Positions 33,809 through 48,686 of a stretch of DNA of 55,991 bases are shown one piece after another. Within the stretch, counting starts at the first letter, position 1. The number at the start of each line of letters is the position of its first letter. A model generated the notes under the pieces. The model was given only the letters and a program-made list of their open reading frames with translations. It had not been told where the DNA came from and ran no database searches. Both the position numbers and the translations under genes were made by a program. This stretch comes from Prorocentrum cordatum (lineage: Eukaryota). Location: the NCBI GenBank assembly GCA_963575745.1, contig CAUYUJ010000118.1, positions 62,001 through 117,991 on the forward strand. The letters run 5' to 3'.

Positions 33809-36800
33809 CCGCCGGGAGACTCGTAGAGCTTCCTGACAACATATAATGTCCAAAAAGATTACACAGAAAACATAGTTTTTCAGCCCAAGCAATTTCAGAC
33901 CTCTCGGATGCAACATCTAAACGCCCCCGATGCTTCTGGATTGTCTTCTGTACGAGCTCTGTGACTCTCCTACAGCCCGAGTTACGTGCGTAAATCGACA
34001 GCAGCTCTCAAGATGACTCGAATAATACGAATTGTTTCGCAAACCTAGCTCGAGTATCAGACCGAGTTCAGACCTCTGCATGCGACAGACGGACGCGTCT
34101 GATGTCTCTGAATCGATTCCTGTGATTACCAGCCCTGCAGCCCCCCCTACAGCCCGAGATAAGCGCAGGAAACCGGCAGCATCTCTAAGGATGACTCGAA
34201 CAATACGAATAGTTTCTCGGACCTAGTTCGGGCAGCAGACAGAGTTCACAGCTCTGGATTCGAAAGGCGGACGCGCCTGATGTCTCCGAATCGATTCCAG
34301 TGATTACCAGCCATGCAGCCCCCCTACAGCCCGAGTTAAGTGCAGAGAACCGACAGCATCTCTCAAGATGACTCGAACAATACGAATAGTTTCGCGATTC
34401 TAGATCGGGCAGCAGACGGAGTTCAGAGCTCTGGATTCCACAGACAACGGCCACTGATGATTCTAAATCAGATTCTGTACGTATCAGCTCTGTAGCTGTC
34501 CTGTAGCTCGAGTTGAGTAGAGAAAACCGAGAGCGCTTCTCAAAATAACTCGAATATTACGAATAGGTTTGCGGACCTAGCTCGGCTAGCAGACCGATTT
34601 CAGACCTCTGGGTTCAACAGGCGAACGCGTCTGATCATTCTGAGTCGATTAGCTGTGCTTACCAGCTCTGTAGCTGTCCTGAAGCTCGAGTTATCTTTGA
34701 GAAAACCGACAGCGCGTATCAAGATGACTCGAAACGGCCGATCCCGCCGGAACGCTTTTTGGCAGTAAAAGGTACCCGATCGAGCTGAGATCAAGATGGC
34801 GAGCGGGAATAAGATCAAATATCACGAGGAAAAAATACTAGAGCTCTAACGAATGGTTGAATTTTGAGAACAAAATTTCAACCGACCAAAAGTCACCAAA
34901 AGGTCCGTCGAGATTTTTCTTGCCAACTAGCTCTCCAGCGCCCCGGAATTACTGGGCGCCGGCGGTAAACCGTCAACCTTTGTTACCGCCGGGGGACTCG
35001 TAGAGCTTCCTGAGAATATATAATGTGGAACCAAAATTGCAGAGAACGAATAGTTTTCCGGCCCAAGAAATTTCAGACCTCTCGATGCAACAGCCGAACG
35101 CCCCCGATCTTTCTGGATTGTCTTCTTTACGAGCACTGTAGCGCGAATCGATTCCTGTGATTACCACCCAGCCCGAGTTAAGTGCAGGAAACCGACAGCA
35201 CCTCTCAGGATGACTGGACGACTCGAGCAATACAATAGTTTTGCGGACCTAGTTCGGGCAGCAGACCGAGTTCCGAGCTCTGGATTCGACAAGCGGACGC
35301 GCCTGATGTCTTTGAATCGATTCTGTGACCACCAGCACTGTAGCCCCCCTCAGCCGGAGTTGAGTGCAGAAAACCGAGAGCACTTCTCAAGATGACTCGA
35401 AAAATACGAATAGTTTCGCGATTCTAGATCGGGCAGCAGACCGAGTTCAGAGCTCTGGAGTCAACAGCCAAATGCGACTGATGATTTTGCATCAGTTTCT
35501 GCAAGTATCAGCTCTGTAGCTGTCTTATAGCTCGAGTTAAGTACAGAAAACCGAGAGCGTCTGTCGAGATGACTCAAATAATACGAATAGGTTTGCGGAC
35601 CTAGCTCGGCTAGTAGACCGAGTTCAGACTTCTCGATTCAATAGGCGGACGCGCCTCATCAATCTGCGATTAGCTGTGCTTACCAGCTCTGTAGCTGTCC
35701 TAAAGCTCGAGTTATGTTCAGAAAACCGTCATCGCGTGTCAAGATGACTTGAAACAGCCGATCCCGCAACAGTGCTTTTCGATAGTAATATTCACCCGAT
35801 CGAGCTGATATCAAGATCGCGAGCGGGAATAAGATCGAATCTCACGGGAAAAAATACTAGAGCTCAAACGAATGTTCAAATTTTGAGAACATAATTTTCA
35901 ACCGACCAAAAGTCAGCAAAAGTTCCGTCGATAATTCCTGCCAACTAGCTCTCCAGCGCGTCCGAATTACTCTTAAGCTTCCAGCAACTAGCTTAGGGAA
36001 GCTCTACCAGTTATCGGCGTCGGCGGTAAACCGTCAACCTTGGTTTTACCGCCGGGAGACTCGTAGAGCTTCCTAGCTCGACTTAAGTTGAGAAAACCGA
36101 CAACACCTACCAACATTCCGACTCATAGTGAATATGTTTTCACCTCTCAATGCGACAGGCGGACGCGTCTGATGTCTGCGAATCGACTCCTGTCATTACC
36201 AGCCCTACAGCCCCCCTACAGCCCGAGTTAAGTGCAGAAAACCGACAGCACCTCTCAGGATGACTCGAAAAATACAATAGTTTCGCAGACCTAATTCGGG
36301 CAACAGACCGAGTTCCGAGCTCTGGATTCGACAGGCGGACGCGCCTGACTGGGAACCGGCGGTAAACCGTCAACCAGGTTACCGCCGGGACCCTCGCAGA
36401 GCTCTTTTCTCACACCGCGCTCCTCAGAACATAGGGAGTAAGCTTCTGGAGTGAGAAACGAAATGAAACGAAAAATCACGTTTTTCTGTTTTTATCGAAC
36501 GCCGGTTGCTCCAAGTGTTTTGATAGAAATACTGCACCTACGGACCTGAAAATTTTACTGGCAGACGAGTCTTAAGCCACTACAGGTGCGAAAAATCTGC
36601 TTTCTCAAAATGAATTGTCAAATATCTATCAAATATTCGCAAAACCACCCAAAAGTTATCACTTTGTCCTTTCTCGCCGGGTCGGCCAACTAGCTCCACC
36701 CCGCGCCGGAATTCCTCTAGCTCATCGATGACGAAGACCTCTACGAGGTACTGGCGCCGGCGGTGAACCGTCAACCTGGCCACCGCCGGGCATCTCGCAG

Positions 36801-39800
36801 AGCTCCTTGCACGCGTGAGAGTGCTCAGCATCGAAAGAGAGTCCTTCTGGAAGCATTTCTCGAAAAAAAGAAACGATATTTTTTTGATGTCGACTTGAAG
36901 TTGGTTCCGACAAGTGTTTCGATAGTAAAAGTGCATCTAGGGAGCTCATATTAAGACGCAGAGACCCTCATAGTCGTCCATAGGTGCGAAAAATCTGCTT
37001 TCTCAAAATGAATTGTCAAATATCTTTCAAATATTAGAAAAACCACCCAAAAGTTGTCACATTGTCCGCCTCGGCCGGGTAGGCCAACTGGGCGCCGGCG
37101 GTAAACCGTCAACCTTTGTTACCGCCGGGGGACTCGTAGAGCTTCCTGACAACATATAATGTAGAAAAAAATACACTGAAAAACTAGTTTTTCAGCCCAA
37201 GCAATTTCAAACCTCTCGGATGCAACAGCCGAACGCCCCCGATGCTTCTGGATTCTCTTCTGTACGAGCTCTGTAGCTCTCCTACAGCCCGAGTTACGTG
37301 CGAAAATCGACAGCACCTCTCAAGATGACTCGAATAATACGAATAGTTTGGCAAACCTGGATGGCTCGAACAATGCGAATATTTTCGCAGACCTAGTTCG
37401 GGCAGCAGACAGACTTCTAAGCTCTGGATTCAAAAGGGGCACGCGCCTGATGTCTCCGAATCGATTCTAGTGATTACCAGCCATGCAGCTGCCCTACAGC
37501 CGAGTTAAGTGCAGAGAACCAACAGCATCTCTCAAGATAACCCGAACAATACGAATAGTTTTTGCGATTCTAGATCGGGCAGCAGACCGAGTTGAGAGCT
37601 CTGATGGAGTCAACAAACAAGGGCCACTGATGATTCTGAATCAGATTCTAAACGTATCAGCTCTGTACTGTCCTTTAGCTCGACTTAAGTACAGAAAACC
37701 GAGAGCGTCTCTCAAGATAACTCGAGTAATACGAACAGGTTTGCAAACCTAGCTCGGCTAGCAGACCGAGTTCAGACCTCTGGGTTCAACAGGCGAACGC
37801 GCCTCATTATTCTGAATCGATTAGCTGTGCTTACTAGCTCTGTACCTGTCCTGAAGCTCGAGTTATCTTGAGAAAACCGACAGCGCGTGACAAGCTGACT
37901 CGAAACGGCCGATCCCGCCGCAGCACTTTTTGGCAGTAAAAGGTACCCGATCGAGCTGAGATCAAGATGGCGAGCGGGAATAAGATCGAATATCACGGGA
38001 AAAAATACTAGAGCTCTAACGAATGGATTTCGAGAAACGAATTTTCAACCGACCAAAAGTCATCAAAAGTCCGTCGAGATTTTTGCCAACTAGCTCAAGC
38101 GCCCCGGAGTTACTCTTAAGCTTCCAGCAATAACTTGCTCGAGTTACTAGCTGCACCCCGTGCCGGAATTCCTCTAGCTTATCGATGCCGAAGAGGCTCT
38201 ACGAGGTATCTCTTCAAATCGATTCCTGTGACCACCAGCACTGTAGCCCCCCTCAGCGCGTCAAGAAAACCAAGAGCACTTCTCAAGATGACTCAACCAA
38301 TACGAATAGTTTCGCGATTCTAGATCGGCAGCAGACCGAGTTCTCAGCTCTGGATTGGACAGACAAACACAATTCGTAATTCTGAATTCGTTTCTGTAAA
38401 TAACAGCTCCGAAGCTGTTCTACAGCTCGAGTTGAGTACCGAGAACCGAGAGTTTCTCTCAAGATGACTCGAATAATACGAATAGGTTTGCAGACCTAGC
38501 TCGGCTAGCAGACCGAGTTGAGACCTCTGGATTCAACAGGCGAAAACGCCTAATCATTCTACATCGATTAGCTGTGCTTACCAGCTCTGTAGATGTCCTA
38601 AAGCTCAAGTTATGTTCAGAAATCCGTCAGCGCGCATGAAGATGACTTCGAAGCGCTGGCAGAAAAGCCTCCATGCGTGTCTGCACGCGTGGAAGCTTGC
38701 CGGAAGCTCCTCCGGACCAGGTTGCCGGCTCAAAACCGGGAACCGGTGGTAAACTTTTAACCAGGTTACTGCCGGGGCCCTCGTACAGCTCTTTTCTACA
38801 CGGCGCTCATCTGTAAGCATAAAGAAAGCGTCTAGAGCAAGACCTGAGAAACTCGAAAAAATCAAGTTTTTCTGTTTTTATCTAACGCTCATTCCCCCAA
38901 GTGAGTAATACTACAGCGACGGACCTAAAAGAAATACTGGCAGACGCGCCTTAACCCACTACAGGTGCGAAACAATGAATGGTGCAATATCTTACAAATA
39001 TTCAAACAAGCACCCAAACTTGACAGCGTCCAAAGCCCGAAGGGAAAAGAGACTGGCGCCGGCGGCAAACCGTCAACCAGGTCAGCGCCGGGAACCTCGT
39101 AGAGTTCCTTGCGTTCTTGGGAAAGCTCAGCATCAAAGCGAGAGCTTCTGGTAGCTTTTCTACAAAAACTTCGAGTTGAGATTTTTCGGATTCAACATGG
39201 AGTCGGTTCCTCGAAGTCAATTCGTGCTGAAAATAGCTCTAGAGGGCTGAGCTGACATCAAAAAAAAAATCAGATAGCTTTCAGAAAATTGCAAAACCAC
39301 CCAAAAGTTACCACTTTGTCCTTTCTGGCAGGGTCGACCAACTGGAACCGGCGGTAAACCGTCAACCAGGTTACCGCCGAAAACCTAGTAGAGCTCTGCA
39401 TATTGACCAGATCAGTTCTGAGATAACAGGAGGACGCTTCTGCATAGTAGCTTCGAAGATAAGACATTGTTTCTCGGTCGTACATAATGCTGGTTTCCCC
39501 TAGTCTTTTCACCGGAATAATGCAGAAGAATTGCACCATCGAAAGCGCCATGATTCACTGCATAGAATAAATTCTAACTGGGCGCCGGCGGTAAACCGTC
39601 AACCTGGTTACCGCCGGGGACCTCGTAGAGCTCTTTTCTTGCCCAGCTCCTCGGAACACGTGAAGCAAGCTTAAGCGAGAGCCAAAAAACTCTAAAAAAT
39701 CGATCGCATACAAATAGTTTTGCGGACTTAGCTCGAGAAGCAGACTCTGTTCAGAGCTCTAGATGCTTCAGCCAAACGCCCTTGATGATTCTGTATCGGT

Positions 39801-40475
39801 TTCTGTGCGTACCACCTCTGTAGCTGTGCTACAGCTAGAGTTAAGTGCAGAATACCGACAGCGCCTCTAAAGAGAACTTGAGAAATACGAATAGCGTTGT
39901 GGACCTAGCTCGACTAGCAGAACGAGTTCAGGCCTCTCGATGCAACAGACGCAAGCGCCTGGTGATACTGAATCAGTTTATGTGCGCACCAGCTCTGTAG
40001 CTCCTCTGAATCTTGAGTTGAGTACAGAAAACCAGCATCACTGGTGAAGATGGCTTTTACGGACCTAGCTCGAGTAGCAGACCGAGTTCAGGCCTCTGGA
40101 TGCAGCAGGCGAACGCGCCTGATCATTCTGACTCGGTTTCTGTAAGTATCAGCTCTGTAGCTCTCAAAATCTCGAGTTAAGTACAGAAAACCGTGAACGC
40201 GTGTCAGGATGACTCGGAACGCAGTTGGTTCCAGCAAGTCTTTTGATAGTAATATTGCAGCTACGGGCCTGAGAATTTAACTGGCAGACGCGGCATAACC
40301 CACTACACGTGAGAATAATACCGATTCTCAAAATGAATTGTCAAATATCTTTCAAATCAAAGCAAAACCGACCCAAGGTTATCACATTGTCTCTTTTGGT
40401 CGGGTCGGCCAACTAGCTCCACCCCGCGCCGGAATTCCTCTAGCTCATCGATGCCGAAGAGCTCTACGAGGTATT
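33809..40475 (-). repeat. Nested mosaic of Helitron2/HINE-like elements
   Basis: Hairpin termini near 34959, 36020, 36356, 36756, 37095, 38744, 39059, 39347 and 39584; ~177-bp internal repeats. Confidence 0.8.
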
Positions 40476-43400
40476 TTTGGACTGCCAACGTGAAGTCGGT
40501 CCCTGGCTTCGCTCGGGAGAATTTTTCGACGGAATGAACTAAGAATTTGTGAGGTAACTTCTGTAATGCCAAGCTTCGCTCTGCGCAAATAGCAGCCCAA
40601 ACGAATTGTTAGAACTGCAAAATCGGCTGAGCCAGGCCGCGGAAGGTATGATCGCGTCCCTTTTCGACATTTCGCCAACTAGCTCCACCCTGTCGCCGAA
40701 TTCCTCTAGCTCTTCTACCCTCAGAGCTCTACGAGGCACTAGAAGTGCAAGCAGACGCCTGAGAGAACTAGAAGTGCAAGCAGATAGCTTCTGATGGCAT
40801 TTTCTGCAAAACTGGAAAATTGCATTTTTTGGACTGCCAGCGTGAAGTCGGTCCCTGGCTTCGCTCGGGAGAATTTTTCGACGGAATGAACTAAGAATTT
40901 GTGAGGTAACTTCTGTAATGCCAAGCTTCGCTCTGCGCAAATAGCAGCCCAAACGAATTGTTAGAACTGCAAAATCGGCTGAGCCAGGCCGCGGAAGGTA
41001 TGATCGCGTCCCTTTTCGACATTTCGCCAACTAGCTCCACCCTGTCGCCGAATTCCTCTAGCTCTTCTACCATCAGAGCTCTACGAGGCACTAGAAGTGC
41101 AAGCAGACGCCTGAGATAACTAGAAGTGCAAGCAGATAGCTGCTGATGGCATTTTCTACAAAACTGGAAAATTGCATTTTTGGACTGCCAACGTGAAGTC
41201 GGTCCCTGGCTTCGCTCGGGAGAATGTTTCGACGGAATGAACTAAGAATTTGTGAGGTAACTTCTGTAATGCCAAGCTTTGCTCTGCGCGAATAGCAGCC
41301 CAAACGAATTGTTAGAACTGCAAAATCGGCTGAGCCAGGCCGCGGAAGGTATGATCGCGTCCCTTTTCGACATTTCGCCAACTAGCTCCACCCTGTCGCC
41401 GAATTCCTCTAGCTCTTCTACCATCAGAGCTCTACGAGGCACTAGAAGTGCAATCAGACGCCTGAGATAACTAGAAGTGCAAGCAGATAGCTGCTGATGG
41501 CATTCTCTGCAAAACTGGAAAATTACATTTTGTAACTGCCAACGTGAAGTCGGTCCCTGGCTTCGCTCGGGAGAATTTTTCGACGGAATGAACTAAGAAT
41601 TTGTGAGGTAACTTCTGTAATGCCAAGCTTCGCTCTGCGCAAATAGCAGCCCAAACGAATTGTTAGAACTGCAAAATCGGCTGAGCCAGGCCGCGGAAGG
41701 TATGATCGCGTCCCTTTTCGACATTTCGCCAACTAGCTCCACCCTGTCGCCGAATTCCTCTAGCTCTTCTACCATCAGAGCTCTACGAGGCACTAGAAGT
41801 GCAAGCAGACGCCTGAGAGAACTAGAAGTGCAAGCAGATAGCTTCTGATGGCATTTTCTGCAAAACTGGAAAATTGCATTTTTGGACTGCCAACGTGAAG
41901 TCGGTCCCTGGCTTCGCTCGGGAGAATTTTTCGACGGAATGAACTAAGAATTTGTGAGGTAACTTCTGTAATGCCAAGCTTCGCTCTGCGCAAATAGCAG
42001 CCCAAACGAATTGTTAGAACTGCAAAATCGGCTGAGCCAGGCCGCGGAAGGTATGATCGCGTCCCTTTTCGACATTTCGCCAACTAGCTCCACCCTGTCG
42101 CCGAATTCCTCTAGCTCTTCTACCATCAGAGCTCTACGAGGCACTAGAAGTGCAAGCAGACGCCTGAGAGAACTAGAAGTGCAAGCAGATAGCTGCTGAT
42201 GGCATTCTCTGCAAAACTGGAAAATTACATGTTTTCAACTGCCAACGTGAAGTCGGTCCCTGGCTTCGCTCGGGAGAATTTTTCGACGGAATGAACTAAG
42301 AATTTGCGAGGTAACTTCTGTAATGCCAAGCTTCGCTCTGCGCAAATAGCAGCCCAAACGAATTGTTAGAACTGCAAAATCGGCCGAGCCAGGGCGCGGA
42401 AGGTATGATCGCGTCCCTTTTCGACATTTCGCCAGCTAGCTCCACCCTGTCGCCGAATTCCTCTAGCTCTTCTACCCTCAGAGCTCTACGAGGCACTAGA
42501 AGTGCAAGCAGACGCCTGAGAGAACTAGGAAGTGCAAGCAGACAGCTTCTGACGGCATTTTCTGCAAAACTGGAAAATTGCATTTTCGGACTGCCAACGT
42601 GGAGTCGGTCCCTGGCTTCGCTCGGGCGAATTCTTCGACGGAATGAACTAAGAACTTGTGAGATAACTTCTGTAATGCCAAGCTTCGCTCTGCGCAAATA
42701 GCAGCCCAAACGAATTGTTAGAACTGCAAAATCGGCTGAGCCAGGCCGCGGAAGGTATGATCGCGTCCCTTTTTCGACATTTCGCCAACTAGCTCCACCC
42801 TGTCGCCGAATTCCACTAGCTCTTCTACCATCAGAGCTCTACGAGGCACTAGAAGTGCAAGCAGACGCCTGAGAGAACTAAGAAAGCACAAGCAGAATAT
42901 GTAATCTCAGGCTTCTCTGATGGCATTCTCTGCAAAACTGGAAAATTGCATTTTTTGGACTGCCAACGCGAAGTCGGTCCCTGGCTTCGCTCGGGAGAAA
43001 TTTTCGACGGAATGAACTAAGAATTTGTGAGGTAACTTCTGTAATGCCAAGCTTCGCTCTGCGCAAATAGCAGCCCCAACGAATTGTTAGAACTGCAAAA
43101 TCGGCTGAGCCAGGCCGCGGAAGGTATGATCGCGTCCCTTTTCGACATTTCGCCAACTAGCTCCACCCTGTCGCCGAATTCCTCTAGCTCTTCTACCATC
43201 AGAGCTCTACGAGGCACTAGAAGTGCAAGCAGACGCCTGAGAGAACTAGAAGTGCAAGCAGATAGCTTCTGTTGGCATTTTCTGCAAAACTGGAAAATTG
43301 CATTTTTTGGACTGTCAACGTGAAGTCGGCCCCTGGCTTCGCCCGGGGGAACTTTTCGACGGAATGAACTAAGAAGTTGTGAGGTAACTTCTGTAATGCC

Positions 43401-45313
43401 AAGCTTCGCTCTGCGCAAATAGCAGCCCAAACGAATTGTTAGAACTGCAAAAATCGGCTGAGCCAGGCCGCGGAAGGTATGATCGCGTCCCTTTTCGACA
43501 TTTCGCCAACTAGCTCCACCCTGTCGCCGAATTCCTCTAGCGCTTCTACCATCAGAGCTCTACGAGGCACTAGAAGTGCCAAGCAGACGCCTGAGAGAAC
43601 TAAGAGTGCGCGTAGCCTGTGCTGATGGCATTTTCTGCAAAACTGGAAAATTGCATTTTGGACTGCCAACATGAAGTCGGTCCCTGGCTTCGCTCGGGAG
43701 AATTTTTCGACGGAATGAACTAAGAACTTGTGAGGTAACTTCTGTAATGCCAAGTTTCGCCCTGCGCAAATAGCAGCACAAACGAATTGTTAGAAATGCA
43801 AAATCGGCTGAGCCAGGCCGCGGAAGGTATGATCGCGTCCTTTTCGACATTTCGCCAACTAGCTCCACCCTGCCGCCGAATTCCTCTAGCTCTTCTACCC
43901 TCAGAGCTCTACGAGGCACTAGAAGTGCAAGCAGACGCCTGAGAGAACTAGAAGTGCAAGCAGATAGTTTCTGATGGCATTTTCTGCAAAACTATTCCCC
44001 TACATGTTTTTAAACTTCCACGACCCCAGAGTCCCTGGCTTTCGCTCGGGAAGAATTTTTCGACGGAAAACTAAGATGTTGTGAAGTAACTCTGTAATGC
44101 CAAGCTTCGCTCTGCGCAAATCGCAGCCCAAACGAATTGTTAGAACTGCAAAATCGGCTGAGCCAGGCCGCGGAAGGCATGATCGCGTCCCTTTTCGACA
44201 TTTCGCCAACTAGCTCCACCGTGTCGCCGAATTCCTCTAGCTCTTCTACCATCAGAGCTCTACGAGGCACTAGAGTGCAGCAGACGCTTAGGAACTAGGG
44301 TGCAACAGATTGCTTATGATGGATTTCTGCAAAACTGGAATTTGATTTTTCGACTGCCAACGTGAAAGTCGGTCCTGGCTTCGCTCGGGAGAATTTTTCG
44401 ACGGAATGAGCTAAGAAATTGTGAGGTAACTTCTGTAATGCCAAGCTTCGCTCTGCGCAAATAGCAGCCCAAACGAATTGTTAGAACTTCAAAATCGGCT
44501 GAGCCAGGCCGCGAGAGGTATGATCGCGTCTCTTTTCGACATTTCGCCAACTAGCTCCACCCTGTCGCCGAATTCCTCTAGCTCTTCTACCATCAGAGCT
44601 CTACGAGGCACTAGAAGTGCAAGCAGACGCCTGAGAGAACTAGAAGTGCAAGCAGATAGCTTCTGATGGCATTTTCTGCAAAACTGGAAAATTGCATTTT
44701 TGGACTGCCAACGTGAAGTCGGTCCCTGGCTTCGCTCGGGAGACTTTTTCGACGGAATGAACTAAGAATTTGTGAGGTAACTTCCGTAATGCCAAGCTTC
44801 GCTCTGCGCAAATAGCAGCCCAAACGAATTGTTAGAGCTGCAAAATCGGCTGAGCCAGGCCGCGGAAGGTATGATCGCGTCCCTTTTCGACATTTCGCCA
44901 ACTAGCTCCACCCTGTCGCCGACTTCCTCTAGCTCTTCTACCATCAGAGCTCTACGAGGCACTAGAAGTGCAAGCAGACGCCTGAGAGAACTAGAAGTGC
45001 AAGCAGATTGCTTATGATGGCATTTTCTGCAAAAACTGGAAAATTGCATTTTTCGACTGCCAACGTGAAGTCGGTCCCTGGCTTCGCTCGGGAGTTTTTG
45101 TCGACGGAATGAACTAAGAATGTGTGAGGTAACTTCTGTAATGCCAAGCTTCGCTCTGCGCAAATAGCAGCACGAACGAATTGTTAGAACTGCAAAATCG
45201 GCTGAGCCAGGCCGCGGAAGGTATGATCGCGTCCTTTTTCGACATTTCGCCAACTAGCTCCACCCTGTCGCCGAATTCCTCTAGCTCTTCTACCATCAGA
45301 GCTCTACGAGGCA
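40476..45313 (-). repeat. Tandem array of about 14 copies of a ~352-bp unit derived from a HINE-like 5' end
   Basis: Unit 40739-41090 (352 bp); junction CTACGAGGCA|CTAGAAGTGC repeats throughout; first copy partial. Confidence 0.95.
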
Positions 45314-48300
45314 TTTACAAAACGAACTGGCGCCGGCGGTGAACCGTCAACCTGGTCACCGCCGGGAACCTCGTAGAGCTCATTTCACGCATAAGAGTGC
45401 CCGAAGTCGAAAGAGAGAGCTTCTGGAAGCATTTCTCGAAAAAAAGAAAAACAAAATTTTTCGTCTCGACATGAAGATGGTTCCTCCAAGTGTTTTGATA
45501 GTAGAAGTGCGCCTATTGAGCTCATACTAAGACAGAGGGGCCCTCATAATTATTTACAGGTGCGAAAAATCTGCTTTCTGAAAATGAATTTTCAAATACT
45601 GGGCGCCGGCGGTAAACCGTCAACCTTTGTTACCGCCGGGGGACTCGTAGAGCTTCCTGACAGCATGTAGCGTGGAAAAAAACTCCAGAACGACTAGTTT
45701 TTCAGCCCAAGCGATTTCAGACCTCTCAAGATGACTCTAAGAAAAAATAAATAGTGTCGCAATCCAGTTCGAGTATCAAACCGAATTCAGACCTCTGAAT
45801 GCACTAGGCGGACGCGTCTGATGTCTGCAAATCGACCCATGTGATTAACAGCCCTGCAGCCCCGCTGAAGACCGAGTTAAGTGCAGAAAACTGACAACAT
45901 CTCTCAAGATGACTCGAATAATACAATAGTTTCGCAGATCTGAATCGAGCAGCAGACCGAGTTCTGAGCTCTAGAATCGACCGACGGACGCGCCTGATCT
46001 GTGCAAATCGATTTGTGACCCGCAGCACTGTAGCCCTCCCCCAGCACGAGTTCAGTGCAGAAAATTAAAGCACTTCTCAAGATGATTCGGACAATACGAA
46101 TGTTTTCCGAACCTAGCTCGAGCAGCAGGCCGATTTCAGAGCTCTCGAATCAACAGACGAACGCGCCTGATAATTCCCGATCGATTGCTGTGACTATGAG
46201 CTCTGTAGCTGCCCTACAGCTCGCGTTAAGTACAGAAAACCGAGAGCGTCTGTCAAGATGACTCGAATAATACGAATAGATTTGCGGACCTAGCTCGGCT
46301 AGCAGACCGAATTCAGACCTCTAGATTCAACAGGCGAACGCGTAGCCCTCCCAGCACGATTTGAGTACAGAAAACCGAGAGCACTTCTGGAAGAATTCCT
46401 CGAAAAGGGGAAAATTGAGTTTTTTGTGTCGAAATGAAGATGGTCCCTCCACGTGTTTTGATAGTCAAAGAGCGCCTACGGAGCTCATACTAAGACAGAG
46501 AGGCCCTCATAGCCGTTGACAGGTGCGAAAAATCTGCTTTCTCAAAATGAATTGTCAAATATCTTTCAAAAAATTGCAAAACCACCCAAATGTTATCACT
46601 TTGGCCTTTCTGGCCGGGTCGACCAACTGGCGCCGGCGGTAAACCGTCAACCTGGTCACCGCCGGGAACCTCGTAGAGCTCCTAGCACGCGTAGGAGTGC
46701 TCAGCATCAAAAGAGAGGCTTCTGGAAGCATTTCTCGAAAAAGAGAAAACATTTTTTCTTTCATGTCGATACGAAGATGTTTCCTCGAAGTGTTTTGATA
46801 GTAAACGTGCGCCTAGGGATCTGATATTAAGACAGAGAGGCCCTCATATTCGTTTACAGGTGCGAAAACTCTGCTTTCTCACAATGAATTGTCAAATATC
46901 TTTCAAAAAATTGCAAAACCACCCAAAAGTTATCACTTTGTCCTTTCTGGCCGGGTCGACCAACTAGCTCCACCGCGCGCCGGAATTCCTCTAGCTTATC
47001 GATGCCGAAGAGCTCTACGAGGTACTGGCGCCGGCGGTGAACCGTCAACCTGGTCATCGCCGGGAACCTCGCAGAGCTCTTTCACGCGTAAGAGTGCTCA
47101 GAGTCGGAAGAGAGAGCTTCTCGAAACATTTCTCGAAAAACAGAAAAATTGATTTTTTTCGTGTCGATATAAGGATGGTTTCTCCAAGTGTTTCGTAGTA
47201 GAAAGGCGCCTACAGAACTCATACTAAGACAGAGAGCCCCTCATAGTCGTTTACAGGTGCGAAAAATCTGCTTTCTCGAAATGAATTGTCAAATATCTTT
47301 CAAACAATTGCAAAACCACCCAAAAATTACCACTGGGCGCCGGCGGTAAACCGTCAACCTTGGTTACCGCCGGGGAACTCGTAGAGCTTCCAAGCTCGAC
47401 TTAAGTTGAGAAAACCGACAGTACGTACTAACATTCTGACTAATGGTGAATAGTGTTTGACCTCTCAATGCGACAAGCGGACCCGTCTGATGTCTGCGAA
47501 TCGACTCCTGTCATTACCAGCCCCGCAGCCCCCCTACAGCCCGAGGTCAGTGCAGAAAACCGACAGCATCTCTCAGGATGACTCGAACAATACAATAGTT
47601 ACGCGAACCTGGATCGGGCAGCAGACCGAGTTCCGAGCTCTCGATTCGACAGGCGGACGCGCATGATCTCTTTGAATCGATTCAGATGACAACCAGCACT
47701 GTAGCCCCCTCTCAGCGCAAGTTGAGTGAAGAAAACCGAGAGGATTTCTCGAGATGACTCCACAAATACGAATAATTTCGCGATTCTAGATCGAGCAGAG
47801 GACCGAGTTCAGAGCTCTGGATTCGACAGACAAACGCAACTGACGATTCTGAATCAGTTTCTGTAAATATCAGCTCTGTAGCTGTGATAGAGCTCGCGTT
47901 AAGTACAGAAAACCGAGAGTTTCTGTTAAGATAACTCGAATAATACGAACAGATTTGCGGACCTAGCTCGGCTAACAGACCGAGTTCCGACCTCTGGGTT
48001 CAACAGGCGAACGCGCCTGATCATTCTGCATGCAGTAGCTGTGCTCACCAGCTCTGTAGCTGCCCTAGAGCTCGAGTTATGTTCATAAAATCGTCAGCGC
48101 ATATGAAGATGACTCGAAACGGGCGAACAGGTTTGCGGACCTAGCTCGGCTCACAAACCGAGTTCAGACCTCTGGATTCAACAGGCGAACGCGCCTGATC
48201 ATTCTGCATGCATTAGCTGTGCTTACCAGCTCTGTAGCTGCTCTAGAGCTCGAGTTATGTTCATAAAACCGTCAGCGCATATCAAGATGACTGAAAACGG

Positions 48301-48686
48301 CCGTTCCCGCCACAGTGCTTTTTAACCTTCAAAGTTACCCGATCGAGCTGAGATCAAGATGGCGAGCGAGAATAAGATCGAATATCACGGGAAAAAATAC
48401 TAGAGCTCTAACGAATGGTCAAATTTTGAGAACAAAATTTTCAACCGAGCAAAAGTCACCAAAAGTTCCGTTGAGATTTTTCTTGCCAACTAGCTCTCCA
48501 GCGCGCCGGAATTACTCTTAAGCTTCCAGCAACTAGCCCCGCGCCGGAATTCCTCTAGCTCATCGATGCAGAAGATCTCTACGAGGCGCTAGCTCCATCC
48601 CGCGCCAGAAGTCCAGCTCATCGATGCCGAAGAGCTCTACGAGGTACATAGCACTGGGCGCCGGCGGTAAACCGTCAACCTTTCTT
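45314..48686 (-). repeat. Nested mosaic of Helitron2/HINE-like elements
   Basis: Hairpin termini near 45333, 45606, 46633, 47031, 47340 and 48661. Confidence 0.8.

Noticed and set aside
6524..48660. Numerous 60-170 aa ORFs in the repeat mosaic and the 352-bp array
   Set aside because: They recur only because the DNA repeats, frames break between copies, and no domain motifs are present.
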